The position numbers and the translations under genes were made by a program. Under the pieces are notes generated by a model that worked only from the letters and a program-made list of their open reading frames with translations, had not been told where the DNA came from and did no database searches. Below, one piece after another: positions 40,049-50,306 of a stretch of DNA of 64,000 nt. Source of the DNA: Aquiluna sp. (GTDB lineage Bacteria; Actinomycetota; Actinomycetes; Actinomycetales; Microbacteriaceae); contig JAOHCW010000003.1 in NCBI GenBank assembly GCA_028095925.1, forward strand, positions 3,470 to 67,469, given 5' to 3'. The stretch's first letter is position 1; every line of letters begins with the position of its first letter.

Positions 40049-43000
40049 ATGTTCAAAAAGATTCTCGTGGCTAACCGCGGAGAAATTGCGGTTAGGGCCT
40101 TTCGCGCGGCCTATGAGACTGGCGCTAGGACAGTTGCCGTCTACCCATACGAGGATCGCAACTCAGTTCACAGGCTAAAGGCCGACGAGGCCTACGAGAT
40201 TAAAGCTGAGGGCTCACCGGTTCGTGCCTACCTCTCTGTTGACGAAATCATTCGTGTGGCAAAGGAGTGTGGGGCTGACGCGATCTACCCCGGCTACGGC
40301 TTCCTGAGCGAAAACCCAGACCTGGCTAATGCTGCACGCGAAAACGGCATTGCATTTGTGGGACCTGCGGCCCAAATCCTCGAGCTCGCTGGAGACAAGG
40401 TCAACGCTAAGGCCGCGGCTATCAGGGCGAATGTGCCAGTGCTTGCCTCAACCGAGTCGTCTGACGATGTCAAAAAGCTAGAGGGACAGGCAGAGAAGAT
40501 CGGCTTCCCGCTGTATGTGAAGGCAGTAGCCGGCGGCGGCGGACGCGGCATGCGCAAGGTGGACGAAAAGTCAGAGCTGAAGCAGGCTCTCGAGGCTGCC
40601 ATGCAGGAGGCCTCCAGCGCATTTGGAGACCCCAGAGTATTTCTCGAGCAGGCAGTAATTCGGCCTCGTCACATCGAGGTCCAGATTCTTGCCGACCTCG
40701 AGGGCAACATCATGCACCTCCTGGAGCGCGACTGCTCAATTCAACGGCGCAACCAAAAAGTTGTTGAGATTGCCCCCGCACCTCACCTCGAAGAAGCTCT
40801 GCGCCAGCAGCTATTTAGGGACGCAATCGCATTCGCAACCGAGATCGGCTACCAAAATGCGGGAACTGTTGAGTTTCTGATTGAGACTGAAGGCCCCAAC
40901 ACTGGCAAGCATGTCTTCATCGAGATGAACCCCAGAATCCAGGTCGAGCACACCGTGACCGAGGAGGTCACCGATGTTGACCTGGTGCAGTCGCAGCTTC
41001 GCATCGCAGCCGGCCAAACCCTTGCGGAACTTGGGCTGAGGCAGGAGGACATCAGGCCTCACGGGTTTGCAATTCAGTGCCGCATCACTACCGAGGACCC
41101 TGCCGCTGGTTTCCGACCAGACACCGGCATGATCACCACCTACCGCTCGCCGGGAGGAGCTGGCATTCGCCTCGATGGCGGCACGGTGACCACCGGTGCC
41201 GAGATTTCCCCGCACTTCGATTCGCTGCTGGTCAAGCTCATCACGCGTGGTCGAGACTTCCGCTCTGCGGTCGAGAGATCTAGAAGGGCCCTAGCGGAGT
41301 TTCGCATCAGGGGAGTGGCAACCAACATCAACTTTCTTCAGGCGGTTCTGGACGACGAGACCTTTGCCTCGGGAGAGCTTTCTACCCACTTCATAGATGA
41401 GCGTCCGGAGCTGATGCAGGCAAGGGTCTCCCAAGATCGCGGCACCAAGGTGCTGCAGTGGCTTGCGGAGGTCACGGTAAACAAGCCCTTCGGATCAGGC
41501 GAGGGTAAGAGCGATCCGGCGCTAAAGCTTCCACATCTTGATCTATCGACAGAGGCCCCTGCGGGTTCAAAGCAGCTGCTAACTGAGCTGGGTCCAGAGA
41601 AGTTTGCTGCCTGGATGCGCGAGCAAAACAGAGTTCTTGTAACAGACACCACCTTCCGCGATGCCCACCAATCGCTTCTAGCCACCAGGGTTCGAAGCAA
41701 AGACCTGGTTGCAGCGGTTCCCTATGTTTCGAGAATGACCCCGCAGCTACTAAGCATCGAGGCCTGGGGCGGGGCAACCTATGACGTGGCGCTGAGGTTC
41801 CTTGGAGAAGATCCTTGGGAGCGCCTCGAGGCACTCAGGGCAAAGCTTCCAAACATTTGTATCCAGATGCTCCTCAGGGGCAGGAACACCGTCGGCTACA
41901 CCCCTTACCCAACCGAGGTCACCGATGCCTTTATAAAGGAGGCAGCTGCTAGTGGTGTGGATATCTTCCGTATCTTTGATGCCCTAAACGATGTTGACCA
42001 GATGACCCCGGCAATCCATGCCGTGCGGGAGCATACGGGCTCGGTTGCAGAGGTCGGGCTCAGCTACACCGGCAACTTCCTGGACCCTAACGAAAACCTC
42101 TACACCCTTGACTACTGGCTGAGGCTCGCAGACAGCGTGGTGGCTGCCGGAGCGCATGTGCTTGCAATCAAGGACATGGCTGGCCTGTTGCGTCCCCGAG
42201 CGGCAGCGACCTTGGTTACCGCACTCAGGGAACGATTTGACCTTCCTGTTCACCTTCACACTCACGACACAGCTGGCGGGCAGCTCGCAACCCTGCTGGC
42301 CGCGGTAGATGCAGGTGTCGACGCGGTCGATGTGGCAAGTGCTCCGATGGCTGGCACCACCTCACAACCATCTGCCTCTGGATTAGTTGCAGCCCTGGCA
42401 AATACCGAGCGCGACACCGAGATGTCGCTTGACAAGGTGACGGACCTTGAGCCCTACTGGGAGGCAGTCCGCAAGGTCTACGCACCCTTCGAGTCGGGCC
42501 TTCCCGGCCCAACCGGCAGGGTCTACAGGCACGAGATTCCTGGCGGCCAGCTATCAAACCTGAGGCAGCAGGCAATTGCCCTTGGCCTAGGAGATCGCTT
42601 CGAACTGGTAGAGCAGATGTACTCAGAGGCAAACCGCATCCTGGGAAGACCACCAAAGGTGACCCCAAGCTCCAAGGTGGTTGGCGACCTTGCGCTTCAT
42701 TTGGTAGCCGTCGATGCCGACCCCAAAGAGTTTGAGCAAAACCCACAGAAGTTTGACATTCCAGACTCCGTAATTGGTTTCATGGCCGGGGAACTGGGGG
42801 ACCTTCCAGGGGGCTGGCCAGAACCATTTAGAACCAAGGTGCTGGAGGGGAAGAATCCAGATATCTCGATTAAGCCAATCACCAAGGAAGACTCCGCGGG
42901 CATCACAAGTAGCGAGCACTCGGTTAGAAGGCAGACGCTCAATAGGCTGCTGTTCCCAGCTCCAACGAAAGAGTTTGAGCGGATGCGCACCACCTACGGC

Positions 43001-43450
43001 AAGCTCACCAACGTTCCGACCCTTGATTACCTCTATGGTCTGGAGCCGGAGACCGAGCACGTCGTGGAGTTGCGCAAGGGGCTTCAGCTGTTCGTCGGAC
43101 TCGAGGCCATTGGGGAAGCGGACTCCAAGGGCTTCAGAACCGTCATGGCAAAACTCAACGGTCAGCTCCGGCCAGTCACCGTTCGCGACCACAGCATCTC
43201 AAGCGTTGAGTCCACCGCGGAGAAGGCCGACCCGGCAAACCCTTCCCATGCAGCAGCTCCATTCACGGGTGTTGTGACACCAAAGGTTGAGGTGGGACAA
43301 AGCGTGAGCGCGGGCCAGCCAATTGCGTCGATCGAGGCAATGAAGATGGAGGCCTCCATCGCAGCTCCAATTAGTGGCAAGATTGTTCGGCTGGGAGTAG
43401 CTGGCCCAACACCCGTTGAGGGTGGCGACCTAATAGCAGTAATCGAATAG
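40049..43450 (+). CDS. pyc: pyruvate carboxylase
   Basis: ANRGEIA biotin carboxylase, RDAHQS carboxyltransferase, EAMKM biotin site. Confidence 0.97.
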   Translation: MFKKILVANRGEIAVRAFRAAYETGARTVAVYPYEDRNSVHRLKADEAYEIKAEGSPVRAYLSVDEIIRVAKECGADAIYPGYGFLSENPDLANAARENGIAFVGPAAQILELAGDKVNAKAAAIRANVPVLASTESSDDVKKLEGQAEKIGFPLYVKAVAGGGGRGMRKVDEKSELKQALEAAMQEASSAFGDPRVFLEQAVIRPRHIEVQILADLEGNIMHLLERDCSIQRRNQKVVEIAPAPHLEEALRQQLFRDAIAFATEIGYQNAGTVEFLIETEGPNTGKHVFIEMNPRIQVEHTVTEEVTDVDLVQSQLRIAAGQTLAELGLRQEDIRPHGFAIQCRITTEDPAAGFRPDTGMITTYRSPGGAGIRLDGGTVTTGAEISPHFDSLLVKLITRGRDFRSAVERSRRALAEFRIRGVATNINFLQAVLDDETFASGELSTHFIDERPELMQARVSQDRGTKVLQWLAEVTVNKPFGSGEGKSDPALKLPHLDLSTEAPAGSKQLLTELGPEKFAAWMREQNRVLVTDTTFRDAHQSLLATRVRSKDLVAAVPYVSRMTPQLLSIEAWGGATYDVALRFLGEDPWERLEALRAKLPNICIQMLLRGRNTVGYTPYPTEVTDAFIKEAAASGVDIFRIFDALNDVDQMTPAIHAVREHTGSVAEVGLSYTGNFLDPNENLYTLDYWLRLADSVVAAGAHVLAIKDMAGLLRPRAAATLVTALRERFDLPVHLHTHDTAGGQLATLLAAVDAGVDAVDVASAPMAGTTSQPSASGLVAALANTERDTEMSLDKVTDLEPYWEAVRKVYAPFESGLPGPTGRVYRHEIPGGQLSNLRQQAIALGLGDRFELVEQMYSEANRILGRPPKVTPSSKVVGDLALHLVAVDADPKEFEQNPQKFDIPDSVIGFMAGELGDLPGGWPEPFRTKVLEGKNPDISIKPITKEDSAGITSSEHSVRRQTLNRLLFPAPTKEFERMRTTYGKLTNVPTLDYLYGLEPETEHVVELRKGLQLFVGLEAIGEADSKGFRTVMAKLNGQLRPVTVRDHSISSVESTAEKADPANPSHAAAPFTGVVTPKVEVGQSVSAGQPIASIEAMKMEASIAAPISGKIVRLGVAGPTPVEGGDLIAVIE

Positions 43451-43456
43451 GGAGAA

Positions 43457-44533
43457 ATGTCTCGCAAGAATGATGACGAGTTTTCGTCGGGGGAGAATGC
43501 AGACTATTCGGATCTAGAACTAGATCCTGAAACCGGTCAAATCGTCTCGGTAAGCGCAGAGGGCGAGCAGGTCACTGTCGCCTCCGCAGTGTTCGAAGAG
43601 TCCGAGCCGGCCAGCATGCTCACCGCAGACAGGCTGCTTCGAGACGAGGCAAGACCGAGGATAATCCCAGAGACATTCGGCCGAAGGCTGATTTATCGCC
43701 TGACATTTGGCAAGTTCAACCCCGGTGACAACAAGAAGGTTTTGGCTAGGCGCGCGCTGGACGCAAGGATCATGCTCGACCTTGAGGGTGAGACAAGATT
43801 TGTGCCGGTGCTGACCCGCAAGGGAGGCGTTGGCAAGACCACCATCACAACTCTTATTGGCATGGCCATGTCACTGGTTCGCGAGGATAGGGTTTTGGCG
43901 ATTGATGCCAACCCAGATCGCGGCACCCTCGCCGAGAGGGTTGAGCTCAAGAGCGACCGCACAGTTCGCGATGTCGTAAAGCGCGCTGGTGGAATCACCT
44001 CGTTTACGCTCTTTAGCGATTACGTATCACGCGATAAGTCAAGGCTTGATGTGTTGGCTTCGGACACCGACCCCATGCTTTCTGAGGCCTTCGACGAGGG
44101 TGACTACAACGTGGTTGCCGATATCGCCACCAGGTATTACAGCATCTGCCTCACCGACTGCGGCACTGGCATTGTCCACAGCGTCATGCGGGCAATCCTG
44201 CAGCGAGCAGATGGCCTCGTCATTGTCTCCGGCGGCTCAGTCGATGAGGCAAAGCTTGCTAGCGAAACCCTTACCTGGCTCGAGTCGAATGGCTACGGGG
44301 ATTTGGTCAAGAACTCGGTGGTTGCCCTGAACACCGCCACCTACGGCACCCAGCTGGTGAAGCTGGATGAGATTGAAAACCACTTCAAGACCCGGGTTCG
44401 TGCTGTGGTTCGTGTTCCCTACGACCCAATGCTTGCAGCCGGTGCAGTTATTCAGTTTGACAAGCTACACCCCGCCACCAGGCAGGCAGCAAGGGATCTT
44501 GCTGCGCTAGTTGTCGACGGTCTGGTGGATTGA
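43457..44533 (+). CDS. MinD/ParA family ATPase
   Basis: RKGGVGKTT, DANPDRGTL, DCGTG. Confidence 0.87.
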   Translation: MSRKNDDEFSSGENADYSDLELDPETGQIVSVSAEGEQVTVASAVFEESEPASMLTADRLLRDEARPRIIPETFGRRLIYRLTFGKFNPGDNKKVLARRALDARIMLDLEGETRFVPVLTRKGGVGKTTITTLIGMAMSLVREDRVLAIDANPDRGTLAERVELKSDRTVRDVVKRAGGITSFTLFSDYVSRDKSRLDVLASDTDPMLSEAFDEGDYNVVADIATRYYSICLTDCGTGIVHSVMRAILQRADGLVIVSGGSVDEAKLASETLTWLESNGYGDLVKNSVVALNTATYGTQLVKLDEIENHFKTRVRAVVRVPYDPMLAAGAVIQFDKLHPATRQAARDLAALVVDGLVD

Positions 44534-45024
44534 GCGTTCGGGAAATTCGGCTCTTCGGAGACCCGATCCTAAAGAGCGTTTGCGATGAGGTCACCGACTT
44601 AGCAGCGGCAGAATCCTTGGTTCAAGATCTTCTCGAGACCACCTCACTGCCCGGCAGAGCTGGTGTCGCAGCGAATCAAATTGGAGTTGGCCAAAGGGTA
44701 TTTGCGTACAGCGTCGACGACGAACTTGGTTACCTAATCAACCCGGAGATTATCGAGCTTGCTGGAGAAAAACTCGAGATCGAGGAAGGCTGCCTCTCGG
44801 TTCCGGGGCTTTGGCACAAGACTCCCAGGTATGAGCGGGCAACCGCCCGCGGATTGCAGCTTGACGGCAGCACAATTGAAATTAGCGGCGAGGGACTTCT
44901 TGCCCAGGCCCTGCAGCACGAGTGCGATCACCTAGACGGACTTCTTTACCTAGACAGGTTGCTCCCCGAGGAGCGCAAGCTAGCGCTCAGGGCACTTAGA
45001 GAGCAGGACTGGTTTCTTAGCTAG
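44530..45024 (+). CDS. def: peptide deformylase
   Basis: GVAANQIG, EGCLS, QHECDHLDG. Confidence 0.95.
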   Translation: MSVREIRLFGDPILKSVCDEVTDLAAAESLVQDLLETTSLPGRAGVAANQIGVGQRVFAYSVDDELGYLINPEIIELAGEKLEIEEGCLSVPGLWHKTPRYERATARGLQLDGSTIEISGEGLLAQALQHECDHLDGLLYLDRLLPEERKLALRALREQDWFLS

Positions 45025-46813
45025 CGTAAATTCTGTCCACGTGAATTGAGAAGTCTTTGAGCACCTCACCGCGCTTGATCTTTAGCGATGGCGTTAGGTG
45101 GCCAGAGGCCTCAGTGAGTTCAACATCGAGAATCTCAAAAGCCCTAACCTGCTCCGCCTGAGAGAACTTTTCATTGACCCCGTCAACAGCCCTCTGCAGC
45201 TCCTCGCGAATCCTTGGGTGCTTGGTTGCCTCCGCGAGGGTCAGCTTCTCGGTGATGCCGTTCTGCTCACACCAAACCGGAACCATCTCTGGGTCCAGTG
45301 AAATAAGAGCGCTAATAAACGGCTGCGAATCACCAATCACGACCACCTGGCCAACTAGGGGGTGAGCGCGAAGCGGATCCTCAATCGGAGCTGGAGCTAC
45401 GTTTTTACCACCTGCAGTCACCAGCAATTCTTTTTTGCGACCGGTGATTGTTAGGAAGCCGTCCTCGTCAAGCTCTCCGATGTCACCGGAGCGGAACCAG
45501 TCCTCGGTGAATGCCTCGCGGGTTGCAGCTTCGTTGCGGTGGTAACCGCGCATGATGTTGATGCCACGAAGTAGCACCTCACCATCTTCGGCGATTTTGA
45601 TACCGGTCCCGGGAAGCGCTCTACCAACCTTGCCAATCTTCTGCCAGCTAACGCGGCCAATAACTGCCGCCGCAGCTGTCTCGGTGAGTCCGTAGCCCTC
45701 CAGAACGATTAGTCCAATGCCCCGGAAGAAGTGGCCGAGCCTTGCACCCAGTGGTGCACCACCTGAGATTGCGTACTTTACTTCGCCTCCCATTGCCGCG
45801 CGGAGCTTGGAAAATACGAGGCGGTCAAAGAGCTTGTGCTTGACTTTCAGGCTAAGACTTGGCCCCTTCGGGTCATCCAGGGCCTTCGAGTAGTCAATTG
45901 CGGTTTGGGCCGCAGCGCGGAAGATCTTGCCCTTGCCTCCCGCTTCTGCCTTGAGCTCTGCGTTGTTGTAGACCTTTTCAAAAACGCGCGGCACAGCCAA
46001 CAGGAAGGTTGGCTTGTAGCCAGGGAGCTCGGCGGCGACCATCTTGGTGTCGCCTAGGTGGCCCACCTTTACGCCCGAATAGATGCAGAGAGCGGCGACA
46101 TAGCGCCCGAAGATGTGTGCGAGGGGGACAAATATCAGCGAACGCTGAAACTCGTTGCAAAGCTCTGGGACCTCAGCGGCCGCGTTCTTGCAGTGGTCGA
46201 CAAAGCTCGAGTGGGTGAGCTCGCAGCCCTTTGGATTACCTGTGGTGCCAGAGGTGTAAACGATGGTCGCAAGGTCTGGGCCCTCAGCATTTTTCCTGGC
46301 CGTTTCGAGGTCAGCATCAGAGATCTTCTCGCCCGATTTGTGAAGGTCGGAGAACTCCTTGGAGTCGATCCTCCACACCTTGGAGACCTTCTTCACATTC
46401 GAGCTAATTTTGTTGAAGCGCTCGAGGTGCTCGTCGTTCTCAAGAAATAGCGCTACCGAGTCCGAGTCGGAGAGAATCCACTCGATTTGCGCTGGAGAGG
46501 AAGTCTCGTAGATGGGCACGACAACCCCTCCTGCGAACCAAACCGCAAAGTCAATCAGCGTCCACTCGTAGCGAGTGCGAGACATCAGAGCAACCGCGTC
46601 ACCGGGCTTGATACCAGAGGCAATCAAACCCTTAGCTAGGCTTTCGACCTCGCTGAGGTAGTCCTCGGCGGTTACATCGCGCCAGCTTCCGTCAGAGTTC
46701 TTACGACTAAAAAGGGCATGCTTTGGGTTTTTAGCCACGCGGCTTAGTAAGAGGTCCGTTGCGTTCTCGCGGGGGTTGGTTTCCACTCTCAGCGGCACAT
46801 CGTAAAACGTCAT
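45017..46813 (-). CDS. long-chain fatty acid-CoA ligase (FadD15-like)
   Basis: YTSGTTGNPKG, EGYGLTET, GDIG, GRKKE, LTPSLK. Confidence 0.92.
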   Translation of the reverse strand: MTFYDVPLRVETNPRENATDLLLSRVAKNPKHALFSRKNSDGSWRDVTAEDYLSEVESLAKGLIASGIKPGDAVALMSRTRYEWTLIDFAVWFAGGVVVPIYETSSPAQIEWILSDSDSVALFLENDEHLERFNKISSNVKKVSKVWRIDSKEFSDLHKSGEKISDADLETARKNAEGPDLATIVYTSGTTGNPKGCELTHSSFVDHCKNAAAEVPELCNEFQRSLIFVPLAHIFGRYVAALCIYSGVKVGHLGDTKMVAAELPGYKPTFLLAVPRVFEKVYNNAELKAEAGGKGKIFRAAAQTAIDYSKALDDPKGPSLSLKVKHKLFDRLVFSKLRAAMGGEVKYAISGGAPLGARLGHFFRGIGLIVLEGYGLTETAAAAVIGRVSWQKIGKVGRALPGTGIKIAEDGEVLLRGINIMRGYHRNEAATREAFTEDWFRSGDIGELDEDGFLTITGRKKELLVTAGGKNVAPAPIEDPLRAHPLVGQVVVIGDSQPFISALISLDPEMVPVWCEQNGITEKLTLAEATKHPRIREELQRAVDGVNEKFSQAEQVRAFEILDVELTEASGHLTPSLKIKRGEVLKDFSIHVDRIYAS

Positions 46814-46942
46814 CGTTTGTCTCCCTCAGAAGTTTCCTAAACTCTACTCTTCGCCCCTCACCGTGTCACCAGCCGCGGATGGCTCCAAATGACAAGTGCA
46901 GTTAGTTTGTTTCCGCCCTAATATTCTGGTTTGGCCATTTGA

Positions 46943-47899
46943 ATGGAGACCCCCTTGCTTAGTGTCGGTATTGACATCGGCGGAACCAAAATCCTTGGTG
47001 CGCTTGTCGACGAATCCGGCAAGGTTGTCCAGGAAAAAAGAATCGCGTCTCCAGCCCAGGATCCTGGGCGTTTGGTTGACGATGTCGCCGAGCTTATCGA
47101 TGACCTTCTCAGAGTCGAGCCCGAGGTGGCGGGGATAGGCGTAGCAGCGGCTGGCTTCATTGATGCAGAGAGGTCCACGGTTCTATACGCTCCAAACCTG
47201 AACTGGCGCAATGAGCCGCTGCAGCAAAGAATCTCCGACAAGGTCGGTCGCGAGGTAATCATCGAAAATGACGCGAACGCAGCTGGCTGGGCGGAGTTTC
47301 GCTTTGGTGCCGCTTCAAAGTATGGCTCGATGATGATGCTCACCCTTGGCACTGGTGTCGGTGGGGCAGTGGTGGCCGATGGCAAGTTGATGCGCGGCGG
47401 CTTCGGGATTGGCGGGGAGCTCGGCCACGTAACAGTTGTCGATGGCGGCATCAAGTGTGGCTGCGGAAGACTCGGCTGCGTGGAGCAGTACTCATCTGGC
47501 ACGGCTCTGCTGAGGGAGCTTAGAAGTATTGCTAGCTCTAACGCAGTTGAAGGGGCGAGACTTCGGGAGCTAGCTGGAGAGGGAGAGCTCTCCGGTCATC
47601 ACGCCTATCAGGCCTTTCAAGAGGGAGACAAGGCAACCCATCACGAGGTTGAGCGCGCTGCCGAGTTTCTAGCCCGAGCAATGGGCTCGCTTGTCGCTGT
47701 GCTGGACCCTGAGGTGTTCGTGATTGGGGGCGGCCTTTCGGAATTGGGACAGGGGATATTGGATCCCATCACTAGGCACTTGTCATCCCAGCTACCCGCC
47801 CAAGGATTTCGGCCAGAGGCAGACATTGTGCTTGCCAGCTTCGCGAATGAGGCCGGAGTAATTGGAGCGGCCGATTTGGCCCGCCAGGCGGGCCAGTAA
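46943..47899 (+). CDS. glk: ROK family glucokinase
   Basis: DIGGTK, ENDANAA, GELGH, CGCGR.GC.E. Confidence 0.88.
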   Translation: METPLLSVGIDIGGTKILGALVDESGKVVQEKRIASPAQDPGRLVDDVAELIDDLLRVEPEVAGIGVAAAGFIDAERSTVLYAPNLNWRNEPLQQRISDKVGREVIIENDANAAGWAEFRFGAASKYGSMMMLTLGTGVGGAVVADGKLMRGGFGIGGELGHVTVVDGGIKCGCGRLGCVEQYSSGTALLRELRSIASSNAVEGARLRELAGEGELSGHHAYQAFQEGDKATHHEVERAAEFLARAMGSLVAVLDPEVFVIGGGLSELGQGILDPITRHLSSQLPAQGFRPEADIVLASFANEAGVIGAADLARQAGQ

Positions 47900-47926
47900 G
47901 CTTTAGTTTCAAACTGGAGAAGACAC

Positions 47927-48616
47927 GTGACCTACCTAATTCTGAAGAACCTGGTGCTGGGACCTATCCTGCAGCTGCTATTCAGGCCATGGGTCAGGGG
48001 TTTGGAAAACATTCCAAAGCGTGGTGCCGCGATCCTGGCCAGCAATCACCTGTCCTTTGTTGACTCGATCTTTTTGCCGCTCAAGGTGAGAAGGCCAATT
48101 ACCTTTTTGGCTAAGAGCGACTACTTCACAGGCAAGGGTTTCAAGGGAGCTCTGATTCGCTGGTTCTTCAAGGCCAACGGCCAGCTTCCGATTGATAGAA
48201 GCGGTGGTAAGTCCTCGGAGGATGCCCTAAACACAGGACTTGGTGTACTAGAGCGTGAGCTGGTGCTTGGTATCTATCCAGAGGGCACCCGGTCTCCCGA
48301 TGCCAAGCTCTACAGGGGCCGAACAGGAATCGCAAGAATGGTTCTCGAGGCCCAGGTTCCCGTGATTCCGGTTGCCATGATTAACACCGAGAAGGTCATG
48401 CCGCTGGGCAGTAAATACCCCAAGATTCGAAGGGTCGGCATGCGTATTGGTGAGCCCATGGACTTCTCTCGGTTTGCGGGCATGGAATCGGAGCGAGCTG
48501 TGCTTCGAGCAGTGACCGACCAAATCATTTATGAGATCAAGCAGCTTTCGAATCAGCCATATGTCGATGTCTATGCCTCAACCATTCGTAATCGCCTCGC
48601 ACGCAGCACAAACTAA
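47927..48616 (+). CDS. plsC: 1-acyl-sn-glycerol-3-phosphate acyltransferase
   Basis: NHLSFVD, YPEGTRS. Confidence 0.88.
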   Translation: MTYLILKNLVLGPILQLLFRPWVRGLENIPKRGAAILASNHLSFVDSIFLPLKVRRPITFLAKSDYFTGKGFKGALIRWFFKANGQLPIDRSGGKSSEDALNTGLGVLERELVLGIYPEGTRSPDAKLYRGRTGIARMVLEAQVPVIPVAMINTEKVMPLGSKYPKIRRVGMRIGEPMDFSRFAGMESERAVLRAVTDQIIYEIKQLSNQPYVDVYASTIRNRLARSTN

Positions 48617-48625
48617 GGAACCACA

Positions 48626-49978
48626 TTGCAGGATTTTGGACTAGATAACTACCGCGAGCTACCCGCGGCACAGCAGCCCACCTGGGCAGATGCTGGTGTA
48701 CTGGAGAGCGTGCGGAACCAGCTTGGCGCGCTGCCGCCGCTGGTTTTTGCGGGAGAGGTCGACACCCTGCGCACCAGGCTCGCACAGGCGGCTAGGGGAG
48801 AAGCATTCTTACTTCAGGGCGGCGACTGCGCCGAGACCTTTGTCGACGCAACTGCCGACCGCATTCGTAACCGCATTAAGACAGTTCTGCAGATGGCCGT
48901 GGTTTTGATGTATGGGTCATCGCTTCCGGTCATCAAGATGGGCCGCATGGCAGGTCAGTTTGCGAAGCCTCGCTCCTCAGACTTTGAAACCAGGGAGGGA
49001 GTTACCCTCCCTGCCTACCGAGGCGATGCTGTGAACAGCTACGAGTTCACCGAGGAGGCTCGCAAGAACGACGCTATGCGGCTACTCCAGGCCTACAACA
49101 CATCCTCAAGCACGCTAAACCTAATAAGGGCCTTCACCACCGGTGGCTTTGCAGATCTGCGAGAGGTTCACGCGTGGAACCGCGGTTTCACCGACAACCC
49201 AGCAAACAAGAAGTATGAATCGATTGCCGGAGACATCGACAGGGCCATGAGGTTCATGGAGGCCTGCGGCGTTGACTCGGCAGAGCTAAGGGCGACAGAA
49301 TTCTTCGTCTCTCACGAGGGTCTGCTCTTTGACTACGAGCGTCCTCTGACGCGAATCGACTCCAGGACCCATTTTCCCTACGTCACAAGCTCACACTTCA
49401 TCTGGATCGGAGAGCGCACCAGGCAACTAGATGGCGCACACGTCGATTTCTTCTCAAGAGTAAGAAACCCGCTCGGCGTGAAGCTTGGACCAACCTCGAG
49501 TGTTGACGATGTTCTTAGGCTCATCGACAAGCTGGACCCAGAGCGCGAGCCGGGAAGGCTAACGCTCATCAGCCGAATGGGTGCGGGCAAGATTCGCGAT
49601 GAACTACCGAAGCTAGTTGAGGCGGTTCGTGACTCGGGTGCAAGCCCGCTCTGGATCACTGACCCAATGCACGGCAATGGCATCACAACCGCAAACGGCT
49701 ACAAGTCCAGGCGATTTGACGATGTGATGGACGAGGTGCAGGGCTTCTTTGAGGTACACAGGGAGCTCGGCACTCACCCGGGTGGATTGCATGTTGAGCT
49801 GACCGGTGACGATGTTGCAGAGTGCCTTGGAGGCTCCGAGCAGATTGATGAGGCAACTCTGGAGATGCGCTACGAATCGGTCTGTGACCCAAGGCTTAAC
49901 CACATGCAGTCGCTTGAGCTGGCATTCTTAGTTGCGGAACAATTGGTCGAAACCGCCAGGAGAAAGAGTGATAGCTGA
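48626..49978 (+). CDS. class II DAHP synthase
   Basis: LQGGDCAE, AGQFAKPRS, WIGERTR, DPMHGN, CDPRLN. Confidence 0.95.
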   Translation: MQDFGLDNYRELPAAQQPTWADAGVLESVRNQLGALPPLVFAGEVDTLRTRLAQAARGEAFLLQGGDCAETFVDATADRIRNRIKTVLQMAVVLMYGSSLPVIKMGRMAGQFAKPRSSDFETREGVTLPAYRGDAVNSYEFTEEARKNDAMRLLQAYNTSSSTLNLIRAFTTGGFADLREVHAWNRGFTDNPANKKYESIAGDIDRAMRFMEACGVDSAELRATEFFVSHEGLLFDYERPLTRIDSRTHFPYVTSSHFIWIGERTRQLDGAHVDFFSRVRNPLGVKLGPTSSVDDVLRLIDKLDPEREPGRLTLISRMGAGKIRDELPKLVEAVRDSGASPLWITDPMHGNGITTANGYKSRRFDDVMDEVQGFFEVHRELGTHPGGLHVELTGDDVAECLGGSEQIDEATLEMRYESVCDPRLNHMQSLELAFLVAEQLVETARRKSDS

Positions 49979-50306
49979 CCAAGTAGAAAACTGGATCACG
50001 CTTGACCAGGCTGCGCAGCAGCTTGGCATCTCGACCTCGAAGGTCAGAAGGCTAATCGAGGAGCACATTCTCTTTGCCGTCAAGATAGACAAGCAACCGA
50101 TGATTCCATCAGACATCATCGTCGGCAACGAGCCCCTCAGCAGCATCCGCGGAACCATGCTGCAGCTGCTGGACTTAGGTCTCACGGAATCCGAGGCAAT
50201 CGAATGGCTCTATGAGGAGAACGATGTTCTCGGCGAGAAGCCAATAGCAGCCCTCGTGAAGGGGCATAAGGCTCCGGTGCGCAGAGCCGCTCAAGCACTT
50301 GGCTAG
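49968..50306 (+). CDS. Rv2175c family DNA-binding protein
   Basis: N-terminal HTH, GT..QL.D.G, PI.AL..G.K..VRR.AQ; GTG after AGGAG. Confidence 0.85.
   Translation: MIADQVENWITLDQAAQQLGISTSKVRRLIEEHILFAVKIDKQPMIPSDIIVGNEPLSSIRGTMLQLLDLGLTESEAIEWLYEENDVLGEKPIAALVKGHKAPVRRAAQALG

Noticed and set aside
16815..44533. Three ParA/MinD ATPases as a sign of plasmid integration
   Set aside because: Each is in a core-gene context with no rep or parB partner.
42225..47502. Long antisense ORFs over pyc and glk (173, 189, 194 aa)
   Set aside because: Shadow frames of well-supported genes.
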